A stretch of 29,753 bases of DNA from Cirrosporium novae-zelandiae (Eukaryota): the NCBI GenBank assembly GCA_026023565.1, contig JAPETS010000053.1, forward strand, positions 124,001 through 153,753. Direction: 5' to 3'. Position 1 is the stretch's first letter. Each line of letters begins with the position of its first letter. The notes under the pieces were generated by a model. That model worked only from the letters and a program-made list of their open reading frames with translations, made no database searches and had not been told where the DNA came from. Positions 23,151-29,753 of this stretch are shown piece after piece. A program made the translations under genes and the position numbers.

Positions 23151-24797
23151 TGATCCCAATCCCTCACCCTCAACTCAAACCCATCAATCCCATCAAGCAA
23201 ACGCAGCACAACGCAGCACCAGCACCAGCACAACACAACCCCCTCCTTTTCCTTCTCCTCGACTTCTTCACCCCCCCCCCCTCCCCCTCCTTCACCTTCG
23301 AATTCCCCTAACCCACGACCTAACCCTCGCCTCTAGCTTCTTCTTCTTCTTGACTCCAACAATCTCCAAACAAAGTTATTAACCTCTACGTACCTACGTA
23401 CCTACGTACATACTATGGTAAATGTACATACATACATGCATGCATACTTGCATAACTATGCTGCAGAAACCGAACCTAACCTAACCTAACCTAACTGAAG
23501 CTAAGTCAAATTAAGCTAATGCAGATGCACAAGCGGGCTGCCGGCGCATTCCTTTCCCATTCCCTTCCCCATCCGAAATCCTAACTTCGACTCAATGACT
23601 AGACGACAAAGTAAACGCAAGTGAAGGGTTTAAACGTGGCAGAAGCCCTCAACAAACTACGAATGGTCTAAGCAATTGGGGGGTTTTCTTGAATAAGTCC
23701 TTTTTTTGATACGGATACAGATACATAGATACGTAGATACGTAGATACACACACGGAGAGAGATACATGGAGAAAATAAAAAAAAATAAAATAAAAAGTT
23801 TAAATTTTTTTTGTGTGTTTTTCTTTTTTTGCGAGCTTGAACCCCTCCCTCACTCACTTATGCTTCTACCCCCCCTGCTCCCTGCTCTCCCACTTCTACA
23901 CATTGCACTCCCCCAACTCTTTTGTTTCGTTTCAAAACCCTCCGTAAAAACATAAAAACACAAAACACACAAAAACCCATGAACCCGGTACGGCCCGTCC
24001 CGTACCAGCTGGCCCTTCTTTACTTTACGGCTCTAGGTCTCTAGGTCTCTAACATATAAAATTCATCTACGTTGAGGATCGGGATTTGTAGGTTTTTTGT
24101 AGGATTTGGATTGGGAATGGACGAAGGAGAAGAAGAGGAAATATATACGTACAGATAGGTATTTGGAATTGGGGAGGGGGGTTGTTGTATCATTACCCCC
24201 CTCCGTCGTCGTTTTCCTCCGACTTCAACTGCTCCTAGTTAGTATTTTTCGTAAATAACAAAAAAATAGAAAAAGATACTTCACCTATATACATGCCTGT
24301 AATTCAATTAACTGAACCATTTCTTCGTAAAAAAAAAAAAAAGAAATTTCAGAGACCTAATTAACTCGCTTATGCGAAAATACACAATACACCATCCATG
24401 TCCATATAGATAGATAGAGAGATAGCGTGGTAGATAGACATGAAACCTAACCCCTCCACCCCCTCCCCCCCTCCAAAAAAAACTGAAACATAAAAACATA
24501 AAACATAAAACATAAAAAACCCAACGCACACACACAACCACAAAAAAAAAAGGAGGGGTCCAAGCAATCCCAGGGCGGAGGAAGGAATATGCAATATGCA
24601 AAATCCAAAAAAAGTTCGTCTACAGTAGTCTAATTAGCTGTAACACGGTGAGTGGTGGGTACTCGAGTAGGTTATGTAGATAGGTGGGCACTAACTACTA
24701 ACTAACTACTTAGGGTGCATACGTGAGTGCGTGGGAGCGTGGATGCTGGCACATCCAACATGTGCAAGCGAGCGTGCGTGCATGTGTGCAGATTATG

Positions 24798-24841
24798 CGT
24801 ATGTGGTATGTGGTATGCGGTATGCGGTATGCGGTATGCGT
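24798..24841 (+). repeat. (GYGGTAT)n heptamer repeat
   Basis: gtatgtg gtatgtg gtatgcg gtatgcg gtatgcg gtatgcg. Confidence 0.8.
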
Positions 24842-25160
24842 GTATTTGCGCATGCGGTATATGCGCGATGAGGTTGGTAGGTTGGTAGGTAGGTAATTAT
24901 ATGGTCTATGGTCTGTGTTTTTTCTCTTTCTTTGTACTTTGTGAGATTATGAAATTGTTATTGTTGGGATGGGGGGGATATGGAAAATGGAAATTTAAAA
25001 ATGAGAAAAGTACAGATTTGGAGGGGGACAAAAGGGCAAAGAGAAGATGGCGAAGAGGGTAAAGAGTAAAGGGGGGCAAGGAGAAGAAGATGATGATGAT
25101 GAAGAGGAGTAGAGAGAAAAAGAGAGAGAAGAATTTCTATCTCCTAAATTTCTAATACCT

Positions 25161-25242
25161 TTTGTTTGCTTTGCATTGTTTTGTTTTGTTTTGCTTTGTT
25201 TTGCTTTGTTTTGCTTTGTTTTGCTTTGTTTTGCTCTTTTGC
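25161..25242 (+). repeat. (TTTTG/CTTTG)n pentamer/decamer repeat
   Basis: Repeated TTTTGCTTTG units. Source of the spurious LCFVL-type ORFs. Confidence 0.85.
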
Positions 25243-26911
25243 TCTCTACCTTCTACTTCCATTTTCATTTCTACTTCTCTTCATTCATTCACCCATCGAC
25301 CATCAACCATCTACGATCTATCCAACTCTCCCTCGACCTCTCCCTCCCAGACCCCCCATCCCCCCCCCCAATAAAAAACCCGAAAACGAAAGAACGAACG
25401 AACGAAAGATCAGCCACACCATCAGACCTCTTCGTTGTTATCCCCCCTTTCATTTGTCGGTTTCCCATAAAAACTTGTGGGGAAAAAGGGGGGGTATATC
25501 ACATCCGTATTATTACTCTATGCTTTTCTACTCTATGGGATCATACCACGAAGGAAGCTGGAGAACCAAAGAAAAAGAAGAGGAAAAAAACAGAGAGAGA
25601 GAGAGAGATCTAATCGGATCTTGACCGTAACTATGAGTCAGAGTTGCGGAGAATAGGCCCAAAGGAATATGGGAAGGAAAAAAGGATCTACCTAGTTGTT
25701 TTTTGCCCCTCGAGTTTAATCGGTGAGTGTGTTGTGTGGGAAAGTTTACTTGAAAGGAAATTTCAATGGAATTGGTTCTTTAGAATTAGGGTTATTTTTT
25801 GGAGATAGATACATTCCATATTATATGCATGTATGCTCATCTCCCGTGGCAAACAATAGCTTATTTCGCCATTTCACCATTTCAAACAAAATGTGGCCAT
25901 CATAAATACATAGATCCATAAAATAGTAATCATTCATCAAATCATTTTTTCATAAAATATAAAAAAAACAAAAGAAATTCGTTCCTTGGTCGAGGAGGTC
26001 GTGTCGAGTTCTCTCTCACATATAAACAGAGAGACCCTCATCGGAGATCAGATAAGAGTAGAATAAACAGAAGACAGTTAAACCAATTCCCATCTTCAAG
26101 CCGATCCCATATCAAATTACCCAATGACAAAAAACTCCTGCCGGCCTTTCCTGATAAACCGTAGATCCCAAAGCTAGATAAAACAGATACATGAAAACCC
26201 AAACCATAAAAGATAAATGCAGATACTGTACTGTCGATCCCGTTCTGGTCTCAGATGATGCGAGACCAATCGAACTGCTGAAAGCTACTTGATTGCTCAA
26301 GTTTCTGTCGTTGTAGAAAGAATATGTAATAGTAGGTGTGGCGGTGAAAAGAGGAAAGTTGAAGGTTGTGACGATCGTATTTTCGTTATGGAAAATATCC
26401 TCCCGAATTTCGATATCGATGTACTGTATGCAAAGCTTCGCAGCTACCCGTTCCGTTATCGACTCCACCTCGACTCTGCCAATCCCCAATGCAATCCCCA
26501 GTGACCATCCTCAATGCCTTTCCGACAATGCTGATCATTCTGAGGGACCTCCCATGTCCTTGTACTGTTCCATTATCCATAATCCATATCCATATACCCA
26601 TGTCACATACCACATGTCCATACCAGTCTGTGTTCTGTGTTCCTGTTCTTCCATGACCCATCCAAGGCAAGGTCCCAGAGCATCCGGTGCTTGGTCCATC
26701 CCTATACAACCCAGCGCAATCAATACAACGCACTGCCATCGCTCAAGTGCATTCTTCAATGTACTTCGTGCTATTCCCTAAAGCTAAAAAAAAACAATGT
26801 GCAGTGGAATGAAGGTCAAATACTAATATGAGACGGAACATAAGAAAGGTGGAGCAGATTGTCCAATGTAGAGGTTTATATCTGTCGTTGTATCATGGCT
26901 CGAGTCTTTGC

Positions 26912-28949
26912 TCAAGCGGAAACGGCATTGTCGCCCTTTTTCTCACAATGTCTTTGCTGTCGGTTGCACTCTGCGACCATGACTCTAAAGTCCCGTACAA
27001 CATCTTCGGGTACTTTTTCCCAAAGAAGGCTTCGTTCATATACATCACCGCTGGAGCTTTTGCTGTCGCCTCTCATTGCGGCGAGTGCTTCTCCCAAGTT
27101 TGGACGATGCGATATCGAAGCAGATATCGATAGAGCAGGTTGCTTTGTTAGGAAGGGATCATGCGTAGTCATGCTGTTATATTGATCAGGGGTAAGACTG
27201 AACAGCTGTGCAGCTTCCTGATCTTCTTTTGTGTCGATGAGCTCATGTGAAAGAATGTCTAGTGATGATGGAGCAGAGTTGGAGATGCTAGCAATTTCAG
27301 ATGCTGAAAGCGTCGTCTTGTGTTCTGTCCAGGCGGGGGCAGAAGGCCGGGCAGTGTTGGTTGAAGAAGGAGCAAGGGAAGAAGGGTTGGAGAAGTCGAC
27401 ACCAGCAGATCGGGTGACGGCTTCGATAGCAGAGGTTGCTTCAGCACGATAAGAGTCCATGATGCGAGGAATAGGAGAGGATGAGGATGAGGTGTTGGAG
27501 TTGTTGGATGCAACCCAGGCACCAAAGAGCAGAAGAAGCCAGATGCCTGGTGGGATACTGCTGGATTTGGAGTTTGATGTGTCCTTGCTGAGAGTGGGTT
27601 GAGGCTCCGACTTCTTGATCTTGACACTTTCGAATTGGGCTGGTGAGTTTTGCATTTCAGTGTCGTCGGCAAAGTCGGTAGGCATGGTAAAGTCTTCCCA
27701 TGGGCTGTTTTCCATGGTAAGGTTTTCAAAGTCGGAGAATTCGGCAGAGAAGCCGGTGGAGCTTGGTGCAGCCGACATGAGGTTGTTTTCAAGCCTCTGG
27801 ACTTGCTCCATCAAGAAGGTATTCTTCTTTCGGAGCTCGGCTGTCTGGAGCGTGTAGTTCTGGATCTCCTCTTCTCGTTGTTGTTGGAGCGTCTCGATAT
27901 TTTGCGAAAAGTACTGCTGTTGTTCGATCCACTGAGCTCGCTCCTTTATGTATTCTGATTCTCGTACTCTCATGCTCTCGAGGTCTTCTTCTAGTTGTTG
28001 AATGTACATTTGCGACTGTTTCTTTTCTTCCTCGAGCTTTTCGGTGTGTTGCTTCTTTCGTTGTCGCGAGTCAAGGCTACAAGTTGGTCAGTAATACTTT
28101 CTAGGATAATGAATTGAGATATACATACGCTGCCTGCCTATTTCGGAGTAGCCTCTTCTGTTGTTTGAGTTCTTTGATCTCCTGTTCATCGGTTGATTGG
28201 GCGATCAACTGATCTATTGTATCCAAAGTCCTTTCCGCAGGTATCTCGAAGCGAGCATTCTTCTTGCGGATCCCATCTCGTCGTAGAATGGGGGATGATG
28301 CACGGTGATAAGGATTAGGTGATTCAGCGCGCATTCTCTTTGGGTAGTGATGCGCCTCTGGCATCCACCCTTGGTTGCTTGCCTGAGGGGACATGGTCAC
28401 CGACATGGCGGAGGAGTAGACGGAGCTGTTTCGGAACGGACCTCCCACCGAGTATGGGTCTCCCATGGTGACAGGTGCGTTTCCGAATGCAGTTGTGGGA
28501 TTTCGATCGTGCTCCCAAGGTAAGCCGTCAAAATTTTGTGTGGGAGTGATGGATCCAGATGCGGGTTCTGGAGCCCATGCGGCAGCAGGGTGATCTTCTG
28601 CGGCGCTTTGTGATGTGGCGGGGAGGAATGGATTATTTTGGCCGTGGAAATAAAATGGCGCTGGTGTGTTGATGGGTTGTCTGGATTGAACTTGGAAATG
28701 TTGTTGTTGAGCGCATTCTTGGAAGGCTTCTTCGTCGCTGGTTAAACCAGGTCGCGGTGCGAGACCGACGGTATTGTCCTCAAAGGACTGTCTTCTTGAG
28801 CCATCCATCATGGTAAGATCTGATGGTTGTGAGTCAAGGATTCTGTCGTCAAGTACGGCAAGTTCGTCGTCTTCGACAAAAGATGGTTTGGATTCGAGTA
28901 CGTTTGAAGTTGGGGTGTAGAATTGTGAATTTGAGGAAAATCGAGCCAT
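26912..28949 (-). CDS. bZIP transcription factor, ~661 aa, with a hydrophobic segment downstream of the zipper. Exons 28949-28129, 28076-26912
   Basis: The basic region is split by a 52-nt intron at 28128-28077 (GTATGT...ACTGAC...TAG): KQQKRLLRNRQAA|LDSRQRKKQHTEKLEEEKK, followed by a long coiled coil. It is preceded by DGIRKKNARFEIPAERTL. Splicing joins ORFs 28101..28949 and 26912..28009 in frame. Confidence 0.93.
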
Positions 28950-29290
28950 TATCGATAGCGGCGATATGTGGTATTGATAGGTCCGAGGCGGTGAGGGGTA
29001 GAGGGAAACGGAGTGTACGGATAAGAAGGGTTAATTGTAGTAAAGTTAGAATAGATAAGTAATAGATAGGACGAAGATGGCGACAATAATTGTGTAGCGA
29101 GCAACAACAAAGAATGAAGCTCTGCTTTGAAGATCAGGAGTCAGTAGCAGACATTCACAGTGAGTCTGCAATACTGAGAAGAAAGTAGATTTGTGTGTGT
29201 GAAGTTCCAAGAGGAAACAGAGGCGTAGATCACAATATACATAGCCAGGGAGGGGACCCTTATGTAAGAAGAAGAGGTGAAGAGTGGGAA

Positions 29291-29325
<35 letters not shown>
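29291..29325 (+). repeat. Poly-G(35) homopolymer upstream of the bZIP gene (poly-C on its sense strand)
   Basis: 35 consecutive G residues. The exact length may be affected by sequencing error. Confidence 0.85.
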
Positions 29326-29326
<1 letters not shown>

Positions 29327-29753
29327 GGTGTAGTGAGTGTGTGTGTGAGTAGGTAGTGTGGACTGCTGTAGACAATTTTTTTTTCGCGTGTTTGGCTTTG
29401 CTTGATGGGCTCTTTGATGGAACGAGGGTATGTTGAGAGTGATGAGTCGATATGGCCCATCAGGGTATGATGGGATGGGGAAAATCGTAGATCAACTAAG
29501 GCAGGAGGCAGTTGGACCGTAATAGTAATAGGTTAACAAGCTCACGATCTTTTGGCACGAGCGATACCATGTTTAGCAATAGTTAGTAGTGGGTTTTGTA
29601 TTTTGGATTCCTATCTGGTTAAGCAGGGGGGGGGGGGTGAGGAAAAAAAAGATATTCTCACGAGTAAGAATTGACCAGAGGGGAAAACTCGATAGGATGA
29701 GAATTGTAGATAGTTACTACTAGAGAAGAGTTTGGACCGAAAGACGAGGCGAT

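Noticed and set aside
22647..25905. Numerous 60-170 aa ORFs in the Sel1-bZIP intergenic region
   Set aside because: They are translations of microsatellites and homopolymers (IAIAIA, LCFVL, F-rich, P-rich), with no domain or splice support.
26112..26831. Overlapping 64-147 aa ORFs downstream of the bZIP stop
   Set aside because: No recognisable motifs. Best explained as the bZIP 3' UTR or intergenic DNA.
26912..28949. HacA/Hac1 or CpcA/Gcn4 identity for the bZIP
   Set aside because: The basic region lacks the HacA PPRKRAKT...RRIERVLRNR motif and no Ire1-type twin hairpin intron was seen. The bZIP is central rather than C-terminal as in CpcA.

Overview
Eukaryotic, intron-containing DNA from a filamentous ascomycete (Pezizomycotina). 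This is inferred from short GT-AG introns with CTRAC branch points and from the gene content. Eight protein-coding genes are supported: a full-length ABCA transporter (-), a secreted GH71 alpha-1,3-glucanase (+), an orphan two-TM proline-rich protein (+), an atypical NEK/NIMA-like kinase with an N-terminal MGAC acylation motif (+), ATP4 (-) divergent from NOC4 (+), a six-exon Sel1-repeat protein (+), and a bZIP factor with a hydrophobic segment after the zipper (-). Intergenic DNA is rich in microsatellites and homopolymers. I recognised no tRNA, rRNA, intact transposon or CRISPR array. The strongest unexplained signal is a pair of unusually long introns (364 and 458 nt) with extensive self-complementarity, flanking a 65-nt exon near the 3' end of the Sel1-repeat gene. 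Secondary signals are a possibly membrane-tethered, uORF-preceded bZIP and an inverted AGGCAC motif cluster upstream of the glucanase. All splice sites and RNA pairings were found by eye and need computational or RNA-seq confirmation.
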